From Plasmodiophora brassicae (taxonomy: Eukaryota), in NCBI GenBank assembly GCA_036867785.1, contig CP145420.1, positions 930,001 through 994,000 of the forward strand: 64,000 nucleotides of DNA, given 5' to 3'. A program made the translations under genes and the position numbers. This document shows positions 38,458-49,597 of this stretch, piece after piece (position 1 is the first letter of the stretch; each line of letters starts with the position of its first letter). A model generated the notes under the pieces. That model did not search any database and was not told the origin of the DNA. It worked only from the letters and a program-made list of their open reading frames with translations.

Positions 38458-41400
38458 TGTTCATCCAGAGTACCAGTACTCAGATGATGCTGCTCAGATG
38501 CTGCTGCCACCCGGTCACATGATCATGACCGTACTCGACCCCGCAGCGGCCCTTGCTGTGACGATCCTGTCCAAATACATCAGTTCGTTATATCACCAGG
38601 CGCCGACTCTTGCGACCGACCGCCCCCGTAGTGGGCAGCGGCGGCGTTAGCACAGAAGCTTCTTGCGCAAAGAGCCCCAAGCAAACGAACTCACTTAATG
38701 GCAGGAGGTGGCCGCAGAACGCCCGTTCGTCTACAGATGGAGGACGACGCCAGGACCAACTCCGACGCCGAGGCCAAGGAGCATGAATCGTCGACAGATG
38801 ACGAAATCGATCGAGGGCTTCAGTCAACAAACCTGCACGGTAAGAGCCCGATCTTTATGCCTTTGAAACCGCCCATCCTACGTACCCTGAGCCTTACGGC
38901 CAAGGACGGAATTAACGATTTCCTCAAGAAATATAGGAAACACGTCGAGATCGTTAACGAGCGCCGACTGATCTACAAGGAGGATATTCATCCGCCAACG
39001 GTGAAGTCATGCATTACCGAGGACGTCCTCAAAGGGATGTCGAAATATCGCCTACGTCAACCCGCCAGCACGATCACGGATGGCGACATCATGAGCTACT
39101 TGAGGTCAGTCCAACGCAGGGAGGCTGATGTCGAGAGTTCGACAGACATCAAGGCGCTTCTCACGAAGACAGTGGTCATGAACCTGTCAATCAAGAGTAT
39201 TGAGGAACGTGTCACGTCTTTCTTCGCCAAGTTCGATGAGCTAATCGACGACTATGGGCTACAAGACACATACGCCAAAGGAACGAAAGGAACCAAGCGC
39301 AAGATCAAGGTATTACGCGGAGGTATCCGTCCCACTGACCTTGCGGTTCTAGTCGAACGCGCGATCGAGTTCGGAGGGTGCAGGGACGCTGAGAAGGACG
39401 AGCTCAAATTCTTCGACCTCGTCGACCGTCTTGCCAAAGAGCAGGACAAACACTTCCGGCTGCAAGCTGAGAAGAAGAAGTCTCCAGCGCAGACCGTGTC
39501 CCCACCTGCAGGTAAGAAAGGTAAGGACGTTGTTGCTCCGAATAGGAATGGCGGCAAGCACCCGACAAATTCGATCGGACTCAAGACAGCTCAATCGTCC
39601 ACATCGCAAACGAAAGATGAATCGAGGGACATCCCCGAGCACATCCGAAAACGCTTCGAAGGTAAGGATCCTCCAAAGGCAGGTTGCCTAATCTGCAAGG
39701 AGCAGCACTGGGTCCAAGTGTGCCCGAAGGCAACACAAGGAGAACGCAAAGCTGCCATTGAAAAGTTCCAGAAAGAGCGCAAAGAGAAGGAGGAGAGTAA
39801 GGGCAACGCAGACGCGGCAAAGCGCATGGGCCCGCCGTCGCTGTCAACACCGTCCCCTATGAGACTTCGCTTCCAGAACTCGCTCGACCTTCCATTCGAA
39901 GCCGATAGTGGTGCGACGAAGACCGTCATTTCGCAATCGCAACTGCTACGGATTCAAGCCATCCAGCATGTCCCAGTCAAAGTGTTCGACCATCCAACGG
40001 AGGCGAAACTTGCAACGATCGGGGCTACGACAACAATTGTCGCCACAGCGATCGTGGACATCACCATTGTCCCACCTTCCCATGGCAAACCTGCACATCT
40101 ACGCGGGCGGGAAATCAACGTATGTCGCGAAGACCTATCTGATGACATTGTCCTTTTAGGAGCCCCGGAACTGGACGCGTTGGGTATCAATCCAGCTACA
40201 CAACTGAAGGAGATGTTAATCGAGGCAAATGGTCCTATCATCATCGAAGCGGATCCGACCCCGGAACGTCACGCCCCAGGTGGTCAAGGGATCACGATGA
40301 GAGCGGTAAGACACCCGGAGGTAAGTGGAACAACTCGCGATCATGAGCCCCAATTGGACACCAATGATCCGGGTGACGACTATGATGTCGAAATCGGAGA
40401 ACACTCCGATACAGACGTGGACAGGGCAATAGACCGGATGATACAACGTGCAACTGACTCCGGTTTCCCTAACGATCAAGTCCCGCGTCTACGCACAACT
40501 GTCAATCGACACAAAGACATATGGCGAACGAAGCTTGGCCGTGATCCACCTGCGAAAGTAAGTCCACTGAAACTACACTTCAAAGCAGATGCTCGTCCTG
40601 TTCGTTGCCGAACACGAAGGTATACCCTCGAACATCAAAAATTCATGGATGATCACGTAGGAACCTTGGCGGAAAACGATTTTGTGTACCGCAATCCGCA
40701 CAGCAGGTACGCGTCGCCGTGTCTGGTCGTCGACAAGAAGGACACGGAGGTTCGCGGCCATCGGCTGACCGTCGACATCAATGAAGCCGTCAACAAACAG
40801 ACCGAACGCATTGCATGGCCGATGCCTCACATCGACATCATCCTGACCTACCTACGTTCCGCGACCATCTTCATGCTGTTCGATGCCTTTAAAGGCTATT
40901 GGCAATTTCCGTTGCACCCTGATTCGCAGGAGGCCTGCTCGTTCATGACGCACATCGCCACGTTTACACCCAGGCGCATCATCCAGGGAATCGCTGATTG
41001 CGTGTTTGCGTTCCAGGCGGGAATGCAACAGGTGTTGGGGAAACTTCTATATATCTGCGCCCTACTCTGGATCGACGATATCCTCGGCTACGTATCTGGA
41101 TTCGGAGCCTACATGGACACACTCGAATCTCTTCTCAACGCTTTCGACGAGTTTGGAGTTAAACTCAACCCTGATCGCTGCCAGTTATATCTCACTTCAG
41201 TGACATGGTGCGGTCGCGTTATATCCGCTGATGGAGTGTCGTTCGATCGCTCGTATCTCAACGCCTTGCACGATCTATCAACTCCTATCACGGCTGCTGA
41301 TCTCCAACAGTTCCTCTCGGGCCTCAATTGGGTCCGTTCTGTTATCCCTCAATTCGCGGCACATGTTCATCCGCTACAGGATCTACTTCTGTCCGCTTCT

Positions 41401-43793
41401 CGTTCTGTCAGCAGTCTGAAGAAATCACACCTACGTCGAGTTCGTTTAGCCGACATCGGCTGGACCACTGACCATCTCACCAGTTTCAATTCTCTGAAGC
41501 ATCGTCTATCGGAGGCCATGACGCTGGCGCACCCCAAGGACGAATGGATCATGTGTCTCTTTCCGGATGCGAGTGACCGTTTCTGGTCTGTTTTCCTGTC
41601 GCAGATCCCTCCGGAAGATATTGATCTTCCGTACGGTGAGCAACACCACGAACCTTTGTCGTTCATCTCGGGGACATTCCGTGGTTCTCAATTGAAGTGG
41701 GCGACCATTGAGAAGGAGGCCTACGCCATCATCGAAGGCTGCTATCGCCTCAGACACTTCATATCTATGTCAAAGTTGGCACTTCGAATCTTCACGGACC
41801 ACCGTAATCTGGTTTTCATTCTGAACCCAGCCTCGGTTGCACGAATTAGTCGGACGACCGGCGATCGCTTGGAGCGCTGGCGACTTCAGATTATCGACCT
41901 AGATTTTCACATTGAGCACATTGCTGGGGAGGACAACCTTTGGGCCGACCTCGCCACGCGTTGGGGCGTCGCCCTGCAACCACTGTCCTCATTTTCCCCT
42001 CCCTCGTTCCGTTCTATTCGTCATATGGCAATTAATCTTGACTTCGACGATTACAAGATGACCGATGAGTTTATCTGGCCGTCTGTCGACGAGATTAGTA
42101 ACGCTCAGACCGACTACATTCGCCAACACGACCTATCTGCCGTTTCTGATATTCTCCAACTCGAAGGGGACATGTCTCTCCACCTTAGCCCGGAATCTGG
42201 CTGGCGTACTCCAGACAATCAACTCTGGGTACCATCACATGCACTGCAGCTACGCATCGCAGTGATTTCACATATGGGACTGTCTGGTCATCAACTTGCT
42301 GCATCGACTATTTCGAGCATCGCGCAACTCTTCTGGTGGCCTGATCTCGATTCCTTTGTTCGTGCATTTGTGGACAAATGCTTACACTGCCTACGCAACA
42401 AAGATTCGATGATCCCCCGACCTTATGGCACGGCTATGCATGCGGACAAGCCCAATAAGGTCATCCACTATGACTTTCTGTTCTTATCCAAACCTCGTCC
42501 AGGCGATTCTCATCAACTTCGTTATGTTCTGGTTCTGAAGGACGACGCTACAGCATTCGTCGAGTTAATTCCTTGTCAATTCGCGGATCACAGCGTTGTC
42601 GCCGAATCTCTTCTGGATTGGTTCAAACGTTTCGGCATTGTTTTCCAACATGTCTCTGACCGCGGCACACACTTCAAAAACGCGGTTATCGCCGAGCTTA
42701 ATAGCCGGTTACACTGCAACCATCATTTCACAACTGCCTACACACCTTGGGCGAACGGCACGGTTGAGGTTGTCAACAAGCGGCTTCTCTTTCTGCTGAA
42801 GTCCCTCCTCTCCGAGCTAAATCTTCCATTCCAGGATTGGCCGTATGTCCTTCCGCTGATCAACATGACGGTAAATCACACTGTTCGATCAAGTGTGGGC
42901 TACGCGCCTGTCACGATGTTTACGGGTTTGCCACCCTCGACACCTATCTCGATTATCTTCAACAAACGCATCGACGCGGTTATCGACGTACCGTTGACCC
43001 CTGACCGTCTCAAGGAAATGACGACGGAACTTATCGATTCTCTCGAGGACATGCACAAAGAAGTGGCACGTACACGCACCCATCTACGTGATCTCAAGCA
43101 ACGCGCCCGGCGTCGCCGACGCAATGTTCGCGAGATCAACTTCACGACGGGCGACTATGTTCTCGTGGCCAACCATGGCAAGCACTCCAAGTCCGAGTAC
43201 AACTGGACTGGACCTGCCCAGATTATCGACACCATCAACGACTGGGTGTATCGAGTTCGAGATCTCTTGACTGATCATATCTCAGATGTACACGCCCAGC
43301 GCTTAATGTTCTATGCAGATGCGCACTTGAATGTCACCTCTTCCCTGAAGCACAACATCGCGCTCACCGGCGTGGCTTACCAAGTCAACGCAGTCGAGGA
43401 CATTCGAGTCAATTCTACGTCAGGTGACACTGAACTACTGATCAACTGGATCGGATTCGATGCCACCGACAATTCATGGGAACCTTACTCGGTCATGGCG
43501 GCCGATGTTCCTGATATCGTCAGGGCCTTCCTCGAACGACAAGCCGAAGGAGACCCGCTCTGCTCACGACTGTTAGCAGATTTCTAACACGGGGAGTGTT
43601 CATCCAGAGTACCAGTACTCAGATGATGCTGCTCAGATGCTGCTGCCACCCGGTCACATGATCATGACCGTACTCGACCCCGCAGCGGCCCTTGCTGTGA
43701 CGATCCTGTCCAAATACATCAGTTCGTTATATCACCAGGCGCCGACTCTTGCGACCGACCGCCCCCGTAGTGGGCAGCGGCGGCGTTAGCACA
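38458..43793 (+). mobile_element. Full-length Ty3/Gypsy LTR retrotransposon with chromodomain
   Basis: 197-bp LTRs (38458-38654 and 43597-43793; TG...CA; identical by eye), 5-bp TSD AGCAG, and a purine run just before the 3' LTR. Confidence 0.97.
38698..43587 (+). CDS. Gag-Pol polyprotein (CCHC, protease, RT, RNase H, integrase, chromodomain), 1629 aa
   Basis: CLICKEQHWVQVC; ADSGA; DAFKGYWQ..LWIDDIL; FPDASD..IEKEAYAI..FTDHRNL; HHCC and SDRGTHF..NGTVE integrase; LINWIGFDATDNSWEP chromodomain. Confidence 0.97.
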   Translation: MAGGGRRTPVRLQMEDDARTNSDAEAKEHESSTDDEIDRGLQSTNLHGKSPIFMPLKPPILRTLSLTAKDGINDFLKKYRKHVEIVNERRLIYKEDIHPPTVKSCITEDVLKGMSKYRLRQPASTITDGDIMSYLRSVQRREADVESSTDIKALLTKTVVMNLSIKSIEERVTSFFAKFDELIDDYGLQDTYAKGTKGTKRKIKVLRGGIRPTDLAVLVERAIEFGGCRDAEKDELKFFDLVDRLAKEQDKHFRLQAEKKKSPAQTVSPPAGKKGKDVVAPNRNGGKHPTNSIGLKTAQSSTSQTKDESRDIPEHIRKRFEGKDPPKAGCLICKEQHWVQVCPKATQGERKAAIEKFQKERKEKEESKGNADAAKRMGPPSLSTPSPMRLRFQNSLDLPFEADSGATKTVISQSQLLRIQAIQHVPVKVFDHPTEAKLATIGATTTIVATAIVDITIVPPSHGKPAHLRGREINVCREDLSDDIVLLGAPELDALGINPATQLKEMLIEANGPIIIEADPTPERHAPGGQGITMRAVRHPEVSGTTRDHEPQLDTNDPGDDYDVEIGEHSDTDVDRAIDRMIQRATDSGFPNDQVPRLRTTVNRHKDIWRTKLGRDPPAKVSPLKLHFKADARPVRCRTRRYTLEHQKFMDDHVGTLAENDFVYRNPHSRYASPCLVVDKKDTEVRGHRLTVDINEAVNKQTERIAWPMPHIDIILTYLRSATIFMLFDAFKGYWQFPLHPDSQEACSFMTHIATFTPRRIIQGIADCVFAFQAGMQQVLGKLLYICALLWIDDILGYVSGFGAYMDTLESLLNAFDEFGVKLNPDRCQLYLTSVTWCGRVISADGVSFDRSYLNALHDLSTPITAADLQQFLSGLNWVRSVIPQFAAHVHPLQDLLLSASRSVSSLKKSHLRRVRLADIGWTTDHLTSFNSLKHRLSEAMTLAHPKDEWIMCLFPDASDRFWSVFLSQIPPEDIDLPYGEQHHEPLSFISGTFRGSQLKWATIEKEAYAIIEGCYRLRHFISMSKLALRIFTDHRNLVFILNPASVARISRTTGDRLERWRLQIIDLDFHIEHIAGEDNLWADLATRWGVALQPLSSFSPPSFRSIRHMAINLDFDDYKMTDEFIWPSVDEISNAQTDYIRQHDLSAVSDILQLEGDMSLHLSPESGWRTPDNQLWVPSHALQLRIAVISHMGLSGHQLAASTISSIAQLFWWPDLDSFVRAFVDKCLHCLRNKDSMIPRPYGTAMHADKPNKVIHYDFLFLSKPRPGDSHQLRYVLVLKDDATAFVELIPCQFADHSVVAESLLDWFKRFGIVFQHVSDRGTHFKNAVIAELNSRLHCNHHFTTAYTPWANGTVEVVNKRLLFLLKSLLSELNLPFQDWPYVLPLINMTVNHTVRSSVGYAPVTMFTGLPPSTPISIIFNKRIDAVIDVPLTPDRLKEMTTELIDSLEDMHKEVARTRTHLRDLKQRARRRRRNVREINFTTGDYVLVANHGKHSKSEYNWTGPAQIIDTINDWVYRVRDLLTDHISDVHAQRLMFYADAHLNVTSSLKHNIALTGVAYQVNAVEDIRVNSTSGDTELLINWIGFDATDNSWEPYSVMAADVPDIVRAFLERQAEGDPLCSRLLADF

Positions 43794-46700
43794 AGCAGTA
43801 AAATCTTTGCCGCACTGGCGCATTGCCTCGTCGAACAGCTTGAACTCTTCGGGTAGGTGCATTGGCATGATTGGAATTGCCATACCGAAGCGTTTGGCGG
43901 CGAAAGCATAGCATCCCGTCAGTTGTCGGGTTGACTGAGGACCGTTTTCGGCATCGGAGCGTTTGATCAGCCTGCACAGGCCAAATTGTTCGCCCGTCGC
44001 TGAGAACGACTTCAACGGGTGCCAGTTCTCGTACACGAGACGTGATGAAACAGACAACGCCAACTCCTGTACAAGTTCGATATTCCATACATCGTAGTGG
44101 CCAAAGAATGGCACGTCAGCACGATGTCGAACGCTGGCCCGCATCAACTGGCGATGACGCTTCTCGGCTAGAATAGCATCTGCTAATTCCAGGGAAGCGC
44201 CGAAGGAACCCATGGAACGGTAGAGGTCCCGATGATACCCGCCTTCAAGGGAATTCGTTCCCCGCGAACAATGATATACGGGTAGGCCCAACTCGTCAAC
44301 CGCAACTTCGGTATAGAACTGGAATCCCGGCGGGTCGCTGAGACACCCTTTCCTGACGTGCACCCTCATTGCCTAGCATGCGTTGACAATATTAGTCGGA
44401 TAAACCAAAGCGTTAGTAAGACAACCAAGGTATCTGACCTCGATCTTCTTCAGACCCGCTTCGGTTAACAGCGGTTCGTTGGTCATTGGGTCCTTCGCGG
44501 AACGATATGCGTCGACCACTGCCTGTACCGCTTCGTCCATCTCGACAGGACGTCGCGTTGCGCGCTTGATCCGGGCGCGCGCCCACCGAGAATTATGGAC
44601 GAAAGCTTCGAAATCGTCCGGGAGCTGACCTGTTTCTTCAAGTTTCCTCCTGACCATTGCTTTGTCTTCTGGATCGACAACCAGAATGGCATCGCGCATT
44701 GCGGCCAGGAACGCGGGTTGGTACGCGTTCGTCGCCTTCACGGGAAGGTCGTTTAGCCAGTGGAATATATCTTTCAAGACAACAACGTCGTCGGATTGCG
44801 ACTCCAATGGCAGACACTCGCGAGCCCTGCGAATTGACTCCAGGCGCACTGGCAGGCGCACAGGAAGCTCCTTGATCGTTTGAAATGCTGGCAACCCGTT
44901 TCGAGTGGCAATACGGAGTCCAGGGGCTGACAGTTCGTCCACTTCAACAAGCAGGACATGTTGTGAGGCCCTCGCATCACGGGACGTTCCGCTGTTTTCG
45001 ACAATGGTCCCGGAGGCGACGCGTTTGCTGTTTCCAATAACGATATCGACGCGAAGGCCCGGGGCAGCGTCACTGACGGGAATAGGGGTCGAGCAATCCT
45101 GGAATCGGCTGAAGTACTGGTACAGCGCCAACCCAGCGAACGCATCGCGGTTCGCGTAACGGATCTGGGCGGGTGACAACGGACCCGACCAGTGTTCCGA
45201 CACACGGATGTGTGCCGGTTTTTCCAATGCAACGTGGAACACCAACGACATCAGCCGCTCCAACGACAGCTTGGACGTGGATAATTTCCCACGTCGCTTT
45301 CCCAGAACAGCGACGTCGACGCAGTTATTCAGGGGCACGCCGAAGTCTTTGAACAGTTTTGCAGCATCATGCTGGATCTGCCTGCCCACTTTGGCAATAC
45401 GGGCGTCCGAGAGTAATGTGCGCAGTGCTCTTGGAAGATTCGTCATCCCGTCTGATACCTGTACAAGGTACATCTCCCCGTTCGTCATTGCCATTTGGAT
45501 CGTCCGCACACGAGAACGGGAAGAGACGAAGCGGCCGCCCACCCGGGACATGACAACGTCCCACTCCTGATCATACCCGATCACGCGATTGTCGGGTGCC
45601 TCGGAAAGAAGTGTGCGGTAAACAGCGTCCAGAACGTCGTTGATTTCAGACGGTGTCGACAGAACGCGACCGTCGCTGGGTGGCCATGAAAAAGACGGGA
45701 CTGAGTCAGGCAGATCGCGAGCACGCTGCCGAGCAGAGATGGACCGTAAAGAGACAAGCTGATCGGTTGCCCCGGTCACAGCTGTAACAAAACTGGCGAC
45801 TGCAGCAGCAAATTCGACAGCCTGCGATGAACGCGAAGATTCCTCAAGAATCCGTTGAGCGCAAACGTTGGTGGCCCGTGTCACGCTCTCAATGACCCCA
45901 TCAAACAGTCGTTCGCAAGTGGTGTCGTCGATATCCACATCCTCGTTTTCAATGGTCTCGAGAAGACACCTCTGAGCAGCAATACGAACGGCGCCCAACG
46001 CAACCACTTCTATTTCGATCAGACTGCGATGAACAACGACGGGGAGCTCGTGGAACAAGTTCTCGCGAATAGAGCGCAGAATGGCGCCCAGGTTGGAACA
46101 AAGTGCTTTTCCCAGAGAGAGCGCACGGAGAAAGTGCTTAAACTCGACGAAAAGGCTGGCATCCTGGCAGCATCTATCGGAAACGAAAAGAGACGGTTCC
46201 GTCAAGTCATTCAACAGAATACGCTTCATGAAGCCGCGCAAAGCTGGCAACAACTCGGCAAGGCTGGCCCCGAACGTCAGCATTTGAAGAACGGGCTCTT
46301 CAAATTCGTTGCAACAGGTGAACAACGCCTCAACAAGTTTCTCGCCGTTGAAACGACGAATCAATTTGGGGATTTTAAAGGAATGATCCAGTTTCAAAAT
46401 CCGACCACTGACGGTCTGCATGAGAAGGTCCATGAGCGGTCGTACCTGTCCGTGGAACTTCACCAAACAGTATTTGAGATACGAAGGTGATGGAACGAAA
46501 CCGTTATAACGGTCGGGGTCAGCAAAGGAAGAAAACTGAGGGGGAGAATTACCCATTTCTCTGGTGAAAGAGTACCCAATCCCCTTCATGCAGTGTTGAA
46601 GAGACCCGAACCACTGGATCTGGGAACGGGAGTACCTGGCAGTATGCCATTCCAGAAGCATGCGATGGTACCCCTCAATGGAAACGCCCTGTTCAGTCAG

Positions 46701-48540
46701 CGACCGCATCTCCTCGATAACAGAATAATCGACCGCACTGCGATGCGTGAGAAACGCAGGAAACTGAACACGAATAAACTCGGGCAGTTGAGCGAGAAAG
46801 CCTTCGTGATAAGCACTGAAAGTATACGAAGGCGCTTTGGTACCCTTGCAACGAGTGCATCGGTACGTCCGCCCAACGATGAAGTAGCATGAATCGCGCG
46901 TGATGACACGTCGACCAGCTGTCCACGAATGGTGGACGACATTGTAGTCACCAGGCTTGGCCTGTCGTGCAGACCGTCTCTGACGACAATGAGGACAATG
47001 AATTGGGATATCGGAGGCCATTGTCTCCGGATCCCACACAATCACGTCGTAGAGGTAGAATCGATTCGGATCCAGGTCATCGACGAACACCTGACGCACG
47101 GCCGCTGAACCAAAACGGACCCAAAACTGTCCCGAACGAACAAGCGTGAGGATGGAGCTGTCAACGCTCTTTACGTTCTCTAGGACAGCGTCCAGGACCT
47201 TCCGCATTACAGGCGATGCGGCATCACCTTTCTTGCCCTTATTCCCGTGACTCATACCTGTTCCATTTCAGCGACATTTTGACATACCAGTAGGATAGCA
47301 ACGGCAGACCTGTGGATGACGATCTCTCATTTGGATACGAGTCCGGATCATCGCCGGCATCGTCCTCGTTATCAGAGTTATCGACAGGCGATCCAGTGCT
47401 GGTAAAACGGTCGAAAGTGTCATCGTCGTCGACTCCGTCATCGCCATTCGATACAATTGTAGGCTTAGCGAATCGCTGAAGCTGGCGTTCAAGCCAGTCA
47501 GTGCCCTTTGTAAGAAGGGGTGACGGATCAGTAGTTGATGCTGCAATATCGCTGGAGTCGGGCATGGATGCAGTGGTGGACGATAAAGAACTATTTGACG
47601 ATGATCGCTGGCGCCCGATAAGGACTGGAGCCAGAGCTGCTTGGAGAGCAGCAATGCTTTGTCCATGCCGCAGCGCGTTCCTCAATTGACGAGGAGCTGG
47701 ATTATTCTCCGGAGGATCCGCAGCATCATGCTCGCGATCGACCGGATTCGGAATGCATTCGTCAGGATTCGGTCGACTGGGATCAACCGGTTCAGCTAAG
47801 ATGAATAATATAGGTTAGTCCCGGAGACGGCAACTCCTGTCCGAGTGATTACACATTGTTGGCCGGATCGACATAGAGGGCGATCTCTCAGGTTGACCCG
47901 ATGTCAAACCAAAGACAAGTGGTGGTTGAGGAACGAGGGACCCGGTTGGCGGTGCCAGAGGTTGCTCTACAGGGCTGGATGCCGTATTCCCAACCATTCC
48001 GCCTGCTGGTTTTCATCAGAAAAGGCATGTGTCCAGATCGAATACTGGTAACCTGTTGCAACATCGCGCTGCGACTGTTCGCGAGACACTTCGACGGCTG
48101 TGTCGGACGGCCCTCGCCGAAAATATGCAGCAATAGACGGCTGCTTCGGCTCTTGTTGAGGTAGAGATTTACTCGACTTGTTCTTTGATCCTGGCTTGCG
48201 TCCCGCTCCAGGGCGATAACCGCCGCGACCACCCATCCTGCAACCGTTTGCCCGCGTCAGAGATCGCCAGCAGCTGCAAGGAAATGCGGAAACGTGTAGC
48301 AAAAAAAACACTGGTGTCTGTAGTCAAAAGTTTCTGCAACTTCTGGAAAAGTTTCTGCAACTTCTGGAAACCCGCCGCAAATGTGCCAAAAAAGGGGGGG
48401 AATCCGACGATGTCCGAGAGTCAAGAGCCATTGTCCGAGAGTCAAGCACCAGTGGGAACTCACTCCGCGCACTGCGTGAGAGCCGTCGGCGACGACTGAT
48501 GGCAAAAAATGCGGAAGTCCGTCAACCTGACGTCACACGT

Positions 48541-48805
48541 TTTGGCGCGATGGACCAGTTGGCCACTATTACGGCACTCCAGAAATCACACCAAAACGCA
48601 TAGAAATCTTAAAAGCACATAGATTTAGATGTAAAATCGCTTAGGCAAGTTTCTGAGCCAATGCAAACTGGATTAAAAGCTGTTGACAGTTTAATTCCTA
48701 TCGGACGTGGCAGGGGTCGCACCTATTGTTAGCTCCTGGAATCGGCACTTTCACCGCCACTCGGGTAGGTCAGGGCACTGATTCGGCACTTCTATTTTTC
48801 CAGTG
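48541..48805. mobile_element. CACTG-family terminal/subterminal remnant (one end only)
   Basis: Ends ggcacttctatttttccagtg, the same TIR as 56295-56315, and aligns with 56161-56315. Confidence 0.85.
48583..48713 (+). pseudogene. atp1: Organelle-type ATP synthase alpha fragment (probable NUMT)
   Basis: AT-rich 131-bp insert absent from the homologous terminus at 56161-56315; reads RQVSEPMQTGLKAVDSLIPIGRG. Confidence 0.8.
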
Positions 48806-49140
48806 GTTGCTGAGACTGGACTTCACAAACGGTACATGTTCGACAAGGACAACCCATTTCTGTTCGGATGCCCGGATTCGTTTCAGGTGTCGTTACCGAT
48901 TGTGTTCAAAGGCGACATCAAGCCGTACGTCCTGAAGGATATGGAGCGTGCGTGGCTGCATGCGACACTGATCGACGAGGAGCAGCGGCCCAGCATATGG
49001 AACCATCTCTGGAGGCGCAAGTACGTGCTCCTCGTCAAGCAGTTTCAGCGTTCCACCGGCATTCAGATTTCGTCCTATCATCACGTCAAGCGCCAGCTGT
49101 CGAACTTTGACGCGTTTTGTCAGACTGGGGACATTCAGCG
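48806..49140 (+). pseudogene. Third fragment of the CACTA-type transposase (C-terminal continuation)
   Basis: 48806-48935 matches 35950-36084 and then continues LKDMERAWLHATLIDEEQ. Confidence 0.7.
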
Positions 49141-49289
49141 GCAGTACCCAGGTCTATGCCTTCCAAGTCGCCTGGATTGCTGCGGCCGTCTTCTAATTGG
49201 TACGTGCGTTGTATGAAGGATGCTGCTGTTAATCGGATTGAACCGATCTAAATCTTAGGTGCGTGTCTCTTCCGAACGCAGGATGCTTA

Positions 49290-49423
49290 TCCACACCACT
49301 AAACCGAGTGACGTGAACGGGCCCGTAACCTGCAAGGGGTTGCGCTCAACGGGGTTGGTGGAGACTGGAGGGGGCTGCACCTAGGAGGGAGCGGGCGAAG
49401 CGCAGCGAGCCCCGAACGACTAG
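49290..49423 (+). mobile_element. Putative non-autonomous mini-Helitron
   Basis: A|TC start, GC hairpin gggcgaagcgcagcgagccc about 8 nt before a CTAG|T end, no TSD. Confidence 0.5.
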
Positions 49424-49597
49424 TACCTCCTACCCGAAGTCGAGCAATTGTAACTTCTTGATGAACTTCATTGATGACGGCCTCTACCTTGGAACAGCCA
49501 CGATGTTCTGCGGTGCGGAATACGGCCACAGCGAACCGCATGGTTGTATGTACCCGGGGACCGCTCAGCGCGTACGCTTCGAGTCGCAGTACCTGTG

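Larger units (their letters stand above)
37892..48236 (-). mobile_element. KDZ-superfamily (Dileera/Zisupton-type) transposase gene with embedded DEDDy 3'-5' exonuclease, interrupted by an LTR retrotransposon
   Basis: N-terminal RPGAGRKPGSKNK (AT-hook-like), CPHC..YRCTRC, FPAFLTHRSAVD, LKLDHSFKIPK, VSDRCCQD, VLKDIFHW, HVRKGCLSDP, YHCSRGTNSLEGGYH and C-terminal CKVC..C..C. Removing the LTR element and one TSD restores in-frame DFTA|IVEVFR. Element termini were not identified. Confidence 0.8.

Noticed and set aside
37780-48495. CCGACG/CGTCGG as KDZ terminal inverted repeats
   Set aside because: Only 6 bp and no matching TSD.
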